Assembly: GCF_044647545.1 (NCBI RefSeq)
Contig: NZ_CP172818.1
Length of the DNA stretch: 64,000 nucleotides
Reading direction: 5' to 3' (one strand)
Origin: Escherichia coli
Lineage (GTDB): Bacteria > Pseudomonadota > Gammaproteobacteria > Enterobacterales > Enterobacteriaceae
Position 1 is the first letter of the stretch, and each line of letters starts with the position of its first letter. Under the pieces are notes generated by a model. That model was given only the letters and a program-made list of their open reading frames with translations. It was not told where the DNA came from and made no database searches. Positions 21,173-32,206 of this stretch are shown here, one piece after another. Made by a program: the position numbers and the translations under genes.

Positions 21173-21960
21173 TGATGGAATTCATCCTCAGTCATGTAGA
21201 AAAGGGCGTGATGACACTAACGCTCAACCGCCCGGAACGCCTGAACAGTTTTAATGATGAGATGCACGCACAACTGGCAGAGTGCCTGAAACAGGTCGAG
21301 CGCGACGACACTATCCGTTGCCTGTTACTTACAGGTGCCGGGCGCGGATTTTGTGCTGGTCAGGATCTTAACGATCGTAACGTTGATCCCACAGGCCCCG
21401 CACCGGATTTAGGGATGTCAGTTGAACGTTTCTATAACCCACTGGTACGTCGCCTGGCAAAACTGCCAAAACCGGTGATCTGTGCAGTCAATGGCGTGGC
21501 GGCAGGGGCAGGCGCAACACTGGCACTGGGGGGCGACATCGTTATTGCTGCCCGTTCAGCAAAATTCGTCATGGCGTTTAGTAAGTTAGGCTTAATACCC
21601 GATTGCGGTGGAACCTGGTTACTGCCACGCGTTGCCGGACGAGCGCGCGCCATGGGGCTGGCACTGCTGGGGAATCAACTGAGTGCTGAACAGGCGCACG
21701 AATGGGGGATGATCTGGCAGGTTGTTGATGATGAAACGCTGGCAGATACCGCGCAACAGCTGGCACGGCATCTGGCGACACAACCGACATTTGGTCTTGG
21801 ACTTATCAAGCAAGCGATAAATAGCGCTGAAACCAATACGCTCGATACGCAACTGGATCTGGAACGTGACTATCAGCGACTTGCCGGACGGAGCGCAGAT
21901 TATCGTGAAGGTGTCAGTGCGTTCCTGGCTAAACGCTCACCGCAGTTCACGGGGAAATAG
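21172..21960 (+). CDS. paaG: 1,2-epoxyphenylacetyl-CoA isomerase (crotonase fold), 262 aa
   Basis: Intact 262-aa ORF MMEFILSHVEKGVMTLTLNRP...; start overlaps paaF stop by 1 bp. Confidence 0.9.
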   Translation: MMEFILSHVEKGVMTLTLNRPERLNSFNDEMHAQLAECLKQVERDDTIRCLLLTGAGRGFCAGQDLNDRNVDPTGPAPDLGMSVERFYNPLVRRLAKLPKPVICAVNGVAAGAGATLALGGDIVIAARSAKFVMAFSKLGLIPDCGGTWLLPRVAGRARAMGLALLGNQLSAEQAHEWGMIWQVVDDETLADTAQQLARHLATQPTFGLGLIKQAINSAETNTLDTQLDLERDYQRLAGRSADYREGVSAFLAKRSPQFTGK

Positions 21961-21961
21961 C

Positions 21962-23389
21962 ATGATGATAAATGTGCAAACTGTGGCAGTGATTGGGAGC
22001 GGCACCATGGGGGCAGGCATTGCTGAAGTTGCTGCCAGTCATGGACACCAGGTTTTACTGTATGACATTTCTGCTGAAGCGCTGACCCGCGCAATCGACG
22101 GGATACACGCGCGGCTAAATTCACGCGTGACGCGGGGAAAACTGACTGCTGAAACCTGTGAACGCACATTGAAACGCCTGATCCCGGTGACCGATATTCA
22201 CGCGCTGGCAGCTGCGGACCTGGTCATTGAAGCGGCGTCTGAACGTCTGGAAGTCAAAAAAGCGCTCTTTGCACAGCTGGCGGAAGTTTGCCCGCCACAA
22301 ACGCTATTGACCACTAACACTTCGTCAATCTCTATAACCGCGATTGCTGCGGAGATAAAAAATCCTGAACGTGTTGCGGGGCTGCATTTTTTTAACCCGG
22401 CACCGGTGATGAAGTTGGTGGAGGTGGTCAGTGGGCTGGCAACGGCGGCGGAAGTTGTTGAGCAGTTGTGTGAACTAACGTTGAGTTGGGGTAAGCAGCC
22501 TGTGCGCTGTCATTCGACTCCTGGATTTATCGTTAACCGTGTTGCGCGTCCTTATTATTCCGAGGCCTGGCGGGCACTGGAAGAGCAGGTTGCTGCACCA
22601 GAAGTGATTGACGCTGCACTTCGCGATGGCGCTGGTTTCCCGATGGGGCCGCTGGAATTAACCGATCTGATTGGTCAGGACGTCAATTTTGCTGTCACCT
22701 GTTCGGTGTTTAACGCTTTCTGGCAGGAGCGTCGTTTTTTACCTTCGCTGGTGCAACAGGAACTGGTGATTGGTGGACGGTTGGGCAAGAAAAGTGGGCT
22801 GGGCGTGTACGACTGGCGCGCGGAACGTGAGGCAGTTGTTGGCCTGGAAGCGGTAAGCGACAGTTTTAGCCCAATGAAAGTAGAAAAGAAAAGTGACGGT
22901 GTCACGGAAATTGACGATGTTTTATTGATTGAGACACAAGGCGAGACGGCACAGGCGCTGGCAATACGACTGGCACGCCCGGTGGTAGTGATCGATAAAA
23001 TGGCGGGCAAGGTGGTGACCATTGCTGCTGCAGCGGTGAACCCGGACTCAGCGACCCGCAAGGCCATTTATTACCTGCAACAGCAGGGCAAAACAGTGCT
23101 GCAAATTGCAGATTACCCAGGAATGCTGATTTGGCGAACGGTAGCAATGATCATCAATGAAGCCCTTGATGCGCTTCAAAAAGGCGTGGCCTCTGAACAG
23201 GATATCGATACCGCCATGCGTCTTGGGGTGAATTATCCATATGGCCCACTTGCCTGGGGAGCGCAACTTGGCTGGCAGCGAATATTAAGGCTCCTTGAAA
23301 ATCTACAGCATCACTATGGCGAAGAACGCTATCGCCCATGTTCATTGCTGCGCCAACGGGCGCTTCTGGAGAGCGGTTATGAGTCATAA
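21962..23389 (+). CDS. paaH: 3-hydroxyadipyl-CoA dehydrogenase, 475 aa
   Basis: ORF 21866-23389 trimmed to MMINVQTVAVIGSGTMGAGIA (Rossmann motif) directly after the paaG stop; 475 aa. Confidence 0.9.
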   Translation: MMINVQTVAVIGSGTMGAGIAEVAASHGHQVLLYDISAEALTRAIDGIHARLNSRVTRGKLTAETCERTLKRLIPVTDIHALAAADLVIEAASERLEVKKALFAQLAEVCPPQTLLTTNTSSISITAIAAEIKNPERVAGLHFFNPAPVMKLVEVVSGLATAAEVVEQLCELTLSWGKQPVRCHSTPGFIVNRVARPYYSEAWRALEEQVAAPEVIDAALRDGAGFPMGPLELTDLIGQDVNFAVTCSVFNAFWQERRFLPSLVQQELVIGGRLGKKSGLGVYDWRAEREAVVGLEAVSDSFSPMKVEKKSDGVTEIDDVLLIETQGETAQALAIRLARPVVVIDKMAGKVVTIAAAAVNPDSATRKAIYYLQQQGKTVLQIADYPGMLIWRTVAMIINEALDALQKGVASEQDIDTAMRLGVNYPYGPLAWGAQLGWQRILRLLENLQHHYGEERYRPCSLLRQRALLESGYES

Positions 23390-23801
23390 GGCCTGGCAAA
23401 ATGCCCATGCAATGTATGAGAACGATGCCTGCGCCAAAGCGCTTGGCATCGACATTATCTCAATGGATGAAGGCTTTGCTGTAGTGACCATGACCGTCAC
23501 TGCACAAATGCTTAACGGTCATCAAAGTTGCCACGGCGGGCAGCTATTTTCACTGGCTGATACTGCCTTTGCCTACGCCTGCAATAGCCAGGGGCTGGCA
23601 GCCGTCGCTTCTGCCTGCACGATTGATTTTTTGCGTCCAGGCTTTGCCGGAGACACCTTAACTGCTACTGCGCAGGTACGTCATCAGGGCAAGCAAACCG
23701 GTGTTTACGACATCGAAATTGTTAACCAACAACAAAAAACGGTTGCGCTGTTTCGCGGTAAATCTCACCGCATCGGCGGCACCATTACAGGAGAAGCCTG
23801 A
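23379..23801 (+). CDS. paaI: hotdog-fold acyl-CoA thioesterase, 140 aa
   Basis: ORF 23295-23801 trimmed to MSHKAWQNAHAMYEND; 140 aa. Confidence 0.85.
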   Translation: MSHKAWQNAHAMYENDACAKALGIDIISMDEGFAVVTMTVTAQMLNGHQSCHGGQLFSLADTAFAYACNSQGLAAVASACTIDFLRPGFAGDTLTATAQVRHQGKQTGVYDIEIVNQQQKTVALFRGKSHRIGGTITGEA

Positions 23802-25006
23802 TGCGTGAAGCCTTTATTTGTGACGGAATTCGTACGCCAATTGGTCGCTACGGCGGGGCATTATCAAGTGTTCGGGCTGATGATCTGGCTGCTATCCCTT
23901 TGCGGGAACTGCTGGTGCGAAACCCGCGTCTCGATGCGGAGTGTATCGATGATGTGATCCTCGGCTGTGCTAATCAGGCGGGAGAAGATAACCGTAACGT
24001 AGCCCGGATGGCGACTTTACTGGCGGGGCTGCCGCAGAGTGTTTCCGGCACAACCATTAACCGCTTGTGTGGTTCCGGGCTGGACGCACTGGGGTTTGCC
24101 GCACGGGCGATTAAAGCGGGCGATGGCGATTTGCTGATCGCCGGTGGCGTGGAGTCAATGTCACGGGCACCGTTTGTTATGGGCAAGGCAGCCAGTGCAT
24201 TTTCTCGTCAGGCTGAGATGTTCGATACCACTATTGGCTGGCGATTTGTGAACCCGCTCATGGCTCAGCAATTTGGAACTGACAGCATGCCGGAAACGGC
24301 AGAGAATGTAGCTGAACTGTTAAAAATCTCACGAGAAGATCAAGATAGTTTTGCGCTACGCAGTCAGCAACGTACGGCAAAAGCGCAATCCTCAGGCATT
24401 CTGGCTGAGGAGATTGTTCCGGTTGTGTTGAAAAACAAGAAAGGTGTTGTAACAGAAATACAACATGATGAGCATCTGCGCCCGGAAACGACGCTGGAAC
24501 AGTTACGTGGGTTAAAAGCACCATTTCGTGCCAATGGGGTGATTACCGCAGGCAATGCTTCCGGGGTGAATGACGGAGCCGCTGCGTTGATTATTGCCAG
24601 TGAACAGATGGCAGCAGCGCAAGGACTGACACCGCGGGCGCGTATCGTAGCCATGGCAACCGCCGGGGTGGAACCGCGCCTGATGGGGCTTGGTCCGGTG
24701 CCTGCAACTCGCCGGGTGCTGGAACGCGCAGGGCTGAGTATTCACGATATGGACGTGATTGAACTGAACGAAGCGTTCGCGGCCCAGGCGTTGGGTGTAC
24801 TACGCGAATTGGGGCTGCCTGATGATGCCCCACATGTTAACCCCAACGGAGGCGCTATCGCCTTAGGCCATCCGTTGGGAATGAGTGGTGCCCGCCTGGC
24901 ACTGGCTGCCAGCCATGAGCTGCATCGGCGTAACGGTCGTTACGCATTGTGCACCATGTGCATCGGTGTCGGTCAGGGCATCGCCATGATTCTGGAGCGT
25001 GTTTGA
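23801..25006 (+). CDS. paaJ: 3-oxoadipyl-CoA / 3-oxo-5,6-dehydrosuberyl-CoA thiolase, 401 aa
   Basis: Intact 401-aa thiolase ORF ([19 protein letters not shown]...CIGVGQG). Confidence 0.9.
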   Translation: MREAFICDGIRTPIGRYGGALSSVRADDLAAIPLRELLVRNPRLDAECIDDVILGCANQAGEDNRNVARMATLLAGLPQSVSGTTINRLCGSGLDALGFAARAIKAGDGDLLIAGGVESMSRAPFVMGKAASAFSRQAEMFDTTIGWRFVNPLMAQQFGTDSMPETAENVAELLKISREDQDSFALRSQQRTAKAQSSGILAEEIVPVVLKNKKGVVTEIQHDEHLRPETTLEQLRGLKAPFRANGVITAGNASGVNDGAAALIIASEQMAAAQGLTPRARIVAMATAGVEPRLMGLGPVPATRRVLERAGLSIHDMDVIELNEAFAAQALGVLRELGLPDDAPHVNPNGGAIALGHPLGMSGARLALAASHELHRRNGRYALCTMCIGVGQGIAMILERV

Positions 25007-25032
25007 GCATATCAACCTGCGAGTACCCTACA

Positions 25033-26346
25033 ATGATAACCAATACAAAGCTTGACCCGATTGAAACCGCGTCTGTTGATGAGTTACAGGCGTTGCAAAC
25101 ACAGCGTCTGAAATGGACGCTCAAACACGCGTATGAAAATGTGCCGATGTATCGGCGCAAATTCGACGCAGCAGGCGTACATCCTGATGATTTCAGGGAA
25201 CTTTCAGACCTGCGTAAATTTCCCTGTACCACCAAACAGGATCTGCGCGACAACTATCCCTTTGACACCTTTGCCGTGCCAATGGAACAAGTGGTGCGCA
25301 TTCATGCTTCTTCGGGAACCACAGGTAAACCGACAGTTGTCGGCTATACGCAAAACGATATTGATAACTGGGCCAATATTGTAGCGCGTTCTTTGCGTGC
25401 GGCAGGGGGCTCGCCCAAAGACAAAATTCATGTTGCCTATGGTTACGGCCTGTTTACTGGTGGGCTGGGTGCGCACTATGGTGCCGAACGTCTGGGCGCT
25501 ACGGTGATCCCGATGTCTGGCGGGCAGACGGAAAAACAAGCGCAACTGATCCGTGATTTTCAACCAGATATGATCATGGTTACGCCATCTTATTGCCTTA
25601 ACCTGATTGAAGAGCTGGAGCGGCAGTTGGGCGGTGATGCCAGCGGTTGCTCGCTGCGGGTTGGAGTATTTGGTGCTGAGCCGTGGACACAGGCCATGCG
25701 TAAAGAGATTGAGCGTCGCCTGGGGATCACCGCACTGGATATTTATGGCCTGTCAGAAGTGATGGGGCCGGGGGTGGCGATGGAGTGTCTGGAAACTACC
25801 GACGGCCCAACCATTTGGGAAGATCATTTCTATCCTGAAATTGTTAATCCTCATGACGGCACACCGCTTGCCGATGGTGAACATGGCGAACTGTTATTCA
25901 CCACGCTGACCAAAGAAGCATTGCCGGTCATTCGTTACCGCACGCGTGATTTAACCCGACTGTTACCAGGAACGGCGCGGACTATGCGCCGCATGGATCG
26001 CATCAGCGGACGCAGCGATGACATGTTGATTATTCGCGGTGTAAATGTCTTTCCGTCACAACTGGAAGAAGAGATTGTCAAATTCGAACATTTATCGCCG
26101 CATTACCAACTGGAGGTGAACCGCCGGGGGCATCTTGATTCACTTTCTGTGAAAGTGGAGTTGAAAGAAAGTAGCCTGACATTGACGCATGAGCAGCGTT
26201 GCCAGGTATGCCACCAGCTGCGCCATCGGATTAAGTCGATGGTGGGGATCTCTACCGATGTGATGATCGTTAACTGTGGCAGTATCCCGCGTTCAGAAGG
26301 CAAGGCGTGTCGGGTGTTTGATCTGCGCAATATTGTTGGTGCCTGA
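25033..26346 (+). CDS. paaK: phenylacetate-CoA ligase, 437 aa
   Basis: ORF 24949-26346 trimmed to MITNTKLDPIETASVDELQALQ; adenylate-forming motif SSGTTGKPT present. Confidence 0.9.
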   Translation: MITNTKLDPIETASVDELQALQTQRLKWTLKHAYENVPMYRRKFDAAGVHPDDFRELSDLRKFPCTTKQDLRDNYPFDTFAVPMEQVVRIHASSGTTGKPTVVGYTQNDIDNWANIVARSLRAAGGSPKDKIHVAYGYGLFTGGLGAHYGAERLGATVIPMSGGQTEKQAQLIRDFQPDMIMVTPSYCLNLIEELERQLGGDASGCSLRVGVFGAEPWTQAMRKEIERRLGITALDIYGLSEVMGPGVAMECLETTDGPTIWEDHFYPEIVNPHDGTPLADGEHGELLFTTLTKEALPVIRYRTRDLTRLLPGTARTMRRMDRISGRSDDMLIIRGVNVFPSQLEEEIVKFEHLSPHYQLEVNRRGHLDSLSVKVELKESSLTLTHEQRCQVCHQLRHRIKSMVGISTDVMIVNCGSIPRSEGKACRVFDLRNIVGA

Positions 26347-26446
26347 CGTATCGTCTGGCCCTGGTGGGGTAAAGCGCCAGGGCCAGAAGTCGATACGACC
26401 TGTGCTATGATTCATAAATCACAACAATAACAACAGACTGAAGCGA

Positions 26447-27397
26447 ATGAGTAAACTTGATACTTTTATCCAACATGCTGTAAACGCTGTTCCGGTCAGT
26501 GGCACATCTTTGATCTCCTCTCTGTATGGTGATTCGCTTTCCCATCGTGGTGGTGAAATCTGGTTGGGTAGTCTGGCTGCTTTGCTGGAAGGGCTGGGAT
26601 TTGGTGAGCGTTTCGTGCGCACCGCTTTGTTTCGTCTTAATAAAGAAGGCTGGCTGGATGTTTCCCGCATCGGGCGACGCAGTTTCTATAGCCTCAGTGA
26701 TAAAGGCTTGCGCCTGACGCGACGGGCAGAAAGTAAAATTTATCGCGCAGAGCAACCTGCATGGGATGGTAAATGGCTCCTGTTGCTCTCGGAAGGTTTA
26801 GATAAATCAACGCTGGCTGATGTCAAAAAGCAGTTGATCTGGCAAGGTTTTGGCGCACTGGCACCCAGCCTGATGGCATCGCCGTCGCAAAAACTGGCCG
26901 ATGTACAGACACTTTTGCATGAAGCGGGTGTGGCGGATAACGTGATTTGTTTTGAAGCGCAAATACCACTGGCGCTTTCTCGCGCAGCACTGCGTGCCAG
27001 AGTAGAAGAGTGCTGGCATTTAACTGAACAAAATGCCATGTACGAAACCTTTATTCAGTCATTCCGCCCGCTGGTGCCGCTTTTAAAAGAGGCGGCAGAC
27101 GAGTTAACCCCGGAGCGGGCATTTCATATTCAGCTTTTACTGATCCATTTTTATCGCCGTGTCGTCCTTAAAGACCCATTGTTGCCGGAGGAGTTGCTTC
27201 CGGCACACTGGGCAGGGCATACGGCGCGTCAGCTGTGTATCAACATTTATCAGCGCGTAGCGCCTGCTGCTTTAGCGTTCGTTAGTGAAAAAGGTGAAAC
27301 CTCGGTCGGTGAATTGCCTGCGCCGGGAAGCCTGTATTTTCAACGTTTTGGCGGCTTGAATATTGAACAGGAGGCGTTATGCCAATTTATCAGATAG
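26447..27397 (+). CDS. paaX: phenylacetyl-CoA-responsive transcriptional repressor of the paa operon, 316 aa
   Basis: Intact 316-aa ORF; preceded by a TGATTC motif at 26407. Confidence 0.9.
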   Translation: MSKLDTFIQHAVNAVPVSGTSLISSLYGDSLSHRGGEIWLGSLAALLEGLGFGERFVRTALFRLNKEGWLDVSRIGRRSFYSLSDKGLRLTRRAESKIYRAEQPAWDGKWLLLLSEGLDKSTLADVKKQLIWQGFGALAPSLMASPSQKLADVQTLLHEAGVADNVICFEAQIPLALSRAALRARVEECWHLTEQNAMYETFIQSFRPLVPLLKEAADELTPERAFHIQLLLIHFYRRVVLKDPLLPEELLPAHWAGHTARQLCINIYQRVAPAALAFVSEKGETSVGELPAPGSLYFQRFGGLNIEQEALCQFIR

Positions 27398-28038
27398 ACG
27401 GTCTGACTCCGGTTGTGCCAGAAGAGAGTTTTGTCCATCCGACAGCGGTATTGATCGGCGATGTTATTCTCGGCAAGGGCGTTTACGTTGGGCCAAATGC
27501 CAGCCTGCGTGGCGATTTTGGTCGTATCGTGGTGAAAGATAGCGCGAACATTCAGGATAATTGCGTTATGCACGGTTTTCCCGAGCAGGATACTGTCGTG
27601 GAAGAAGATGGACATATTGGTCATAGCGCTATCCTTCACGGCTGCATTATCCGCCGCAATGCATTAGTGGGAATGAACGCGGTAGTGATAGACGGTGCGG
27701 TGATTGGCGAGAACAGCATTGTTGGCGCATCCGCATTTGTGAAAGCCAAAGCAGAAATGCCAGCTAATTACCTGATTGTCGGCAGCCCGGCGAAAGCGAT
27801 TCGTGAACTCAGTGAGCAGGAGTTGGCATGGAAAAAGCAGGGTACGCATGAGTACCAGGTGCTGGTGACACGCTGTAAGCAGACGTTACATCAAGTCGAG
27901 CCATTGCGGGAAGTTGAACCTGGAGGCAGCGCCTGGTATTTGATGAGAATCTGCGACGAAACAGTAACAGATGTAAAATTATTTTGTCCCTTTAATTATA
28001 AAGCAGAGTTATGTTTAAGCTCTGCTTTATTTATTTGA
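27379..28038 (+). CDS. paaY: hexapeptide-repeat (gamma-carbonic-anhydrase-like) thioesterase PaaY, probably frameshifted near the 3' end
   Basis: ORF of 219 aa overlapping the paaX stop by 19 bp; expected 196 aa. The last ~30 codons read through a terminator hairpin, and an out-of-frame TAA at 27965-27967 sits where the native stop should be if two single-base deletions near 27925-27960 are restored. Confidence 0.7.
   Translation: MPIYQIDGLTPVVPEESFVHPTAVLIGDVILGKGVYVGPNASLRGDFGRIVVKDSANIQDNCVMHGFPEQDTVVEEDGHIGHSAILHGCIIRRNALVGMNAVVIDGAVIGENSIVGASAFVKAKAEMPANYLIVGSPAKAIRELSEQELAWKKQGTHEYQVLVTRCKQTLHQVEPLREVEPGGSAWYLMRICDETVTDVKLFCPFNYKAELCLSSALFI
28001..28037 (+). terminator. intrinsic terminator after paaY
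   Basis: AAGCAGAG (28001-28008) and CTCTGCTT (28020-28027) stem with 11-nt loop followed by a T-rich tail. Confidence 0.6.
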
Positions 28039-28297
28039 GTATTAATTCATACCGTTTTTTCATCATATAATTATTTATAATGAGAATGTGGTTTTAATTT
28101 GTAATTTATATTATATACACAATTTATATATTTCATGGTCTTTTTTTATTCACCTGAATTATAATTGTGAATTATAGGAAAGTATGTTTGATTAGATAAT
28201 AATCTACTGGCAATATTGGATGTCTTCTATGTTTTAAATAACTAATTGGTCGGGTTAGTGCATCCGGCTTTCTTTATATTCGCCAGAAGGATTTATT

Positions 28298-30820
28298 ATG
28301 CAAAGGAAAACTCTATTGTCGGCCTGTATTGCATTAGCTCTGAGTGGTCAGGGTTGGGCGGCAGATATCACAGAGGTAGAAACCACCACAGGTGAAAAGA
28401 AAAATACCAATGTGACTTGTCCGGCAGACCCAGGAAAACTCAGTCCGGAAGAGCTTAAACGCTTACCCTCTGAATGCTCTCCTTTAGTCGAACAAAACCT
28501 GATGCCATGGCTTTCCACAGGCGCTGCTGCGTTAATCACGGCCTTAGCCGTAGTGGAACTAAACGACGATGATGATCATCATCATCGCAACAATTCTCCA
28601 CTCCCACCGACACCCCCTGATGATGAATCAGACGACACTCCAGTTCCCCCAACTCCTGGCGGAGATGAGATAATACCGGACGATCCGGATGATACGCCTA
28701 CACCTCCCAAACCGGTTTCGTTTAATAATGACGTTATTCTCGATAAAACAGAAAAAACGTTAACTATTCGCGATTCAGTTTTTACTTATACCGAGAATGC
28801 TGACGGGACTATATCTCTGCAAGATAGCAATGGTCGTAAGGCAACGATTAATCTTTGGCAGATTGATGAAGCGAATAACACTGTTGCCCTTGAAGGGGTG
28901 AGCGCAGATGGCGCAACGAAGTGGCAATATAATCACAACGGTGAGCTTGTTATTACGGGTGATAATGCCACAGTAAACAACAATGGCAAAACCACCGTTG
29001 ACGGTAAAGATTCCACCGGTACGGAAATCAACGGTAATAACGGGAAAGTGATTCAGGACGGCGATCTGGATGTCAGCGGCGGCGGTCACGGTATTGATAT
29101 CACCGGTGACAGCGCGACGGTGGATAACAAGGGCACCATGACCGTCACCGATCCGGAGTCCATGGGTATCCAGATCGACGGTGACAAGGCCATCGTCAAT
29201 AACGAAGGCGAGAGCACCATCACCAACGGTGGCACCGGCACCCAGATTAATGGTGATGACGCCACGGCAAACAACAACGGCAAAACCACCGTTGACGGCA
29301 AGGATTCCACCGGTACGGAAATCAACGGTAATAACGGAAAAGTTATTCAGGACGGCGATCTGGATGTCAGCGGCGGCGGTCACGGTATTGATATCACCGG
29401 CGACAGCGCAACGGTGGATAACAAGGGCACCATGACCGTCACCGATCCGGAGTCCATCGGTATCCAGGTTGACGGCGACCAGGCGGTTGTTAACAACGAA
29501 GGCGAGAGCGCCATCACCAACGGTGGCACCGGCACGCAGATTAACGGTGATGACGCCACGGCAAACAACAACGGCAAAACCACCGTTGACGGCAAGGATT
29601 CCACCGGTACGGAAATTGCTGGCAATAACGGGAAGGTGATTCAGGACGGCGATCTGGATGTCAGCGGCGGCGGTCACGGTATTGATATCACCGGCGACAG
29701 CGCAACGGTGGATAACAAGGGCACCATGACCGTCACCGATCCGGAGTCCATCGGTATCCAGATTGACGGCGACCAGGCCATCGTCAATAACGAAGGCGAG
29801 AGCACTATCACCAATGGCGGCACCGGCACTCAGATCAACGGTAACGACGCCACCGCGAATAACAGTGGAAAAACCACTGTTGATGGAAAAGATTCCACGG
29901 GTACCAAAATCGCGGGCAATATCGGCATTGTAAATCTGGATGGTAGCCTGACTGTTACAGGCGGTGCGCATGGTGTTGAGAACATTGGTGACAACGGCAC
30001 GGTTAACAACAAAGGAGATATTGTTGTTTCCGATACTGGATCGATTGGCGTGCTCATCAACGGTGAGGGGGCAACAGTATCCAATACGGGTGATGTTAAC
30101 GTTAGCAATGAAGCGACAGGGTTCAGCATCACAACCAACAGTGGGAAGGTTTCGCTGGCAGGCAGTATGCAGGTTGGCGATTTCTCGACCGGGGTAGATC
30201 TTAATGGCAACAATAACAGCGTGACGCTGGCGGCAAAAGATCTAAAAGTGGTCGGGCAGAAAGCGACGGGCATAAACGTTTCTGGCGATGCGAATACAGT
30301 GAATATCACTGGTAACGTTCTGGTTGATAAGGATAAAACCGCAGACAATGCGGCGGAATATTTCTTCGATCCATCCGTGGGTATCAACGTTTACGGCAGT
30401 GATAATAACGTGACGCTGGATGGAAAGTTAACTGTTGTATCAGACAGTGAGGTTACTTCTCGTCAGAGTAATTTATTTGATGGCAGCGCAGAGAAAACGT
30501 CAGGTCTGGTTGTGATTGGCGATGGCAATACCGTTAATATGAATGGTGGACTTGAACTGATTGGAGAGAAAAACGCGCTTGCAGATGGGTCGCAGGTTAC
30601 TTCCTTGCGCACAGGATATAGTTATACCAGCGTTATTGTCGTTAGTGGTGAGTCGTCGGTATATCTGAATGGAGATACGACAATCAGCGGAGAATTCCCT
30701 CTGGGGTTTGCCGGGGTTATTCGGGTACAGGATAAAGCTTTGCTGGAAATTGGCAGTGGCGCTACGCTAACAATGCAGGATATTGACAGTTTTGAACATC
30801 TGGTGACAGTAGTACCCAGG
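28298..30820 (+). pseudogene. ydbA: autotransporter adhesin, N-terminal (signal peptide plus passenger) fragment truncated by IS2
   Basis: ORF begins MQRKTLLSACIALALSGQGWA (signal peptide), followed by a Pro/Asp-rich linker and G/T/N/D-rich beta-helix-type repeats; reading frame runs straight into the IS2 terminal inverted repeat at 30821. Confidence 0.85.
28967..29990 (+). repeat. tandem 294-bp (98-aa) coding repeats, about 3.4 copies, in the ydbA passenger domain
   Basis: Unit ATxNNNGKTTVDGKDSTGTEI.GNNGKVIQDGDLDVSGGGHGIDITGDSATVDNKGTMTVTDPES.GIQ.DGD.A.VNNEGES.ITNGGTGTQINGxD starts at about 28967, 29261, 29555 and 29848; copies 2 and 3 are about 94% identical at protein level. Confidence 0.85.
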
Positions 30821-30831
30821 TGGATTTGCCC

Positions 30832-31737
30832 CTATATTTCCAGACATCTGTTATCACTTAACCCATTACAAGCCCGCTGCCGCAGATATTCCCGTGGCGA
30901 GCGATAACCCAGCGCACTATGCGGATGCCATTCGTTATAATGCTCGAACGCCTCTGCAAGGTTCTTTGCTGCCGTTAACCCGTCTGGTTTGGGCATGATA
31001 CTGATGTAGTCACGCTTTATCGTTTTCACGAAGCTCTCTGCTATTCCGTTACTCTCCGGACTCCGCACCGCCGTGTTCTTCGGTTCAAGTCCCAACATCC
31101 GGGCGAACTGGCGTGTTTCATTAGCCCGGTAGCATGAACCATTATCCGTCAGCCACTCCACTGGAGACGACGGAAGATCGTTGCCGAAGCGGCGTTCCAC
31201 CGCTCCCAGCATGACGTCCTGTACTGTTTCACTGTTGAAGCCGCCGGTAGTGACCGCCCAGTGCAGTGCCTCACGATCACAGCAGTCCAGCGCGAACGTG
31301 ACACGCAGTCTCTCTCCGTTATCACAGCAGAACTCGAACCCGTCAGAGCACCATCGCTGATTGCTTTCTTTCACGGCCACTCTGCCTGTATGTGCCCGTT
31401 TCGATGGCGGTACAGCAGGTTTTCGCTCAAGCAACAGCGCATTCTGGCGCATGATCCGGTAAACACGTTTGGCATTGATCGCAGGCATACCATCAAGTTC
31501 TGCCTGTCTGCGAAGCAGCGCCCATACCCGACGATAACCATACGTTGGCAGCTCTCCGATAACATGGTGTATACGGAGAAGCACATCCGTATCATCAGTG
31601 TGACGACTGCGGCGGCCATCCATCCAGTCATCGGTTCGTCTGAGAATGACGTGCAACTGCGCACGCGACACCCGGAGACAACGGCTGACTAAGCTTACTC
31701 CCCATCCCCGGGCAATAAGGGCGCGTGCGCTATCCAC
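30832..31737 (-). CDS. insD: IS2 transposase OrfB (InsD), 301 aa
   Basis: 301-aa ORF with DDE integrase-core motifs; overlaps insC as expected for the programmed -1 frameshift fusion. Confidence 0.9.
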
Positions 31738-32060
31738 TTTTTTGCCCGTCCATATTCAACGGCTTCTTTGAGGAGTTCATTTTCCATCGTTTTCTTGCCG
31801 AGCAGGCGCTGGAGTTCTTTAATCTGCTTCATGGCGGCAGCAAGTTCAGAGGCAGGAACAACCTGTTCTCCGGCGGCGACAGCAGTAAGACTTCCTTCCT
31901 GGTATTGCTTACGCCAGAGAAATAACTGGCTGGCTGCTACACCATGTTGCCGGGCAACGAGGGAGACCGTCATCCCCGGTTCAAAGCTCTGCTGAACAAT
32001 TGCGATCTTTTCCTGTGTGGTACGCCGTCTGCGTTTCTCCGGCCCTAAGACATCAATCAT
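31695..32060 (-). CDS. insC: IS2 OrfA (InsC) HTH protein, 121 aa
   Basis: ORF 31695-32105 trimmed to [24 protein letters not shown]. Confidence 0.85.
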
Positions 32061-32206
32061 CTGTTCTCCAATGACTAGTCTAAAAACTAGTATTAAGACT
32101 ATCACTTATTTAAGTGATATTGGTTGTCTGGAGATTCAGGGGGCCAGTCTAAACCCCAGAACTTACTTATGCTGATTCCGGTGCGAAAATTGTTAATAAA
32201 GGTACT

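Larger units (their letters stand above)
30821..32151 (-). mobile_element. IS2: IS2 insertion sequence (IS3 family), complete 1331 bp
   Basis: Terminal sequences TGGATTTGCCCCTATATTTCCAGACATCTGTTATCACTTAACCC and ...GGAGATTCAGGGGGCCAGTCTA match the IS2 ends as I remember them; length exactly 1331 bp; carries insC and insD. Confidence 0.95.

Noticed and set aside
26347-26399. Long imperfect hairpin after paaK as a terminator
   Set aside because: Strong stem (CTGGCCCTGG...CCAGGGCCAG) but no T-run; may be a REP-like or stabilising element. Not called as a feature.
28775-29971. 398-aa minus-strand ORF, plus further long antisense ORFs (29830-30387, 33787-34248, 35035-35529, 36151-36759), inside ydbA
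   Set aside because: They lie antisense to the autotransporter coding repeats and are open only because of the repetitive composition; translations are low-complexity (G/V/A/I-rich) with no start or RBS context. The sense strand encodes a recognisable autotransporter.
28967-29990. Possible CRISPR array suggested by regular near-identical repeats
   Set aside because: The period is 294 bp of continuous coding sequence inside ydbA with no short repeat/spacer alternation and no cas genes nearby; these are protein-domain tandem repeats.
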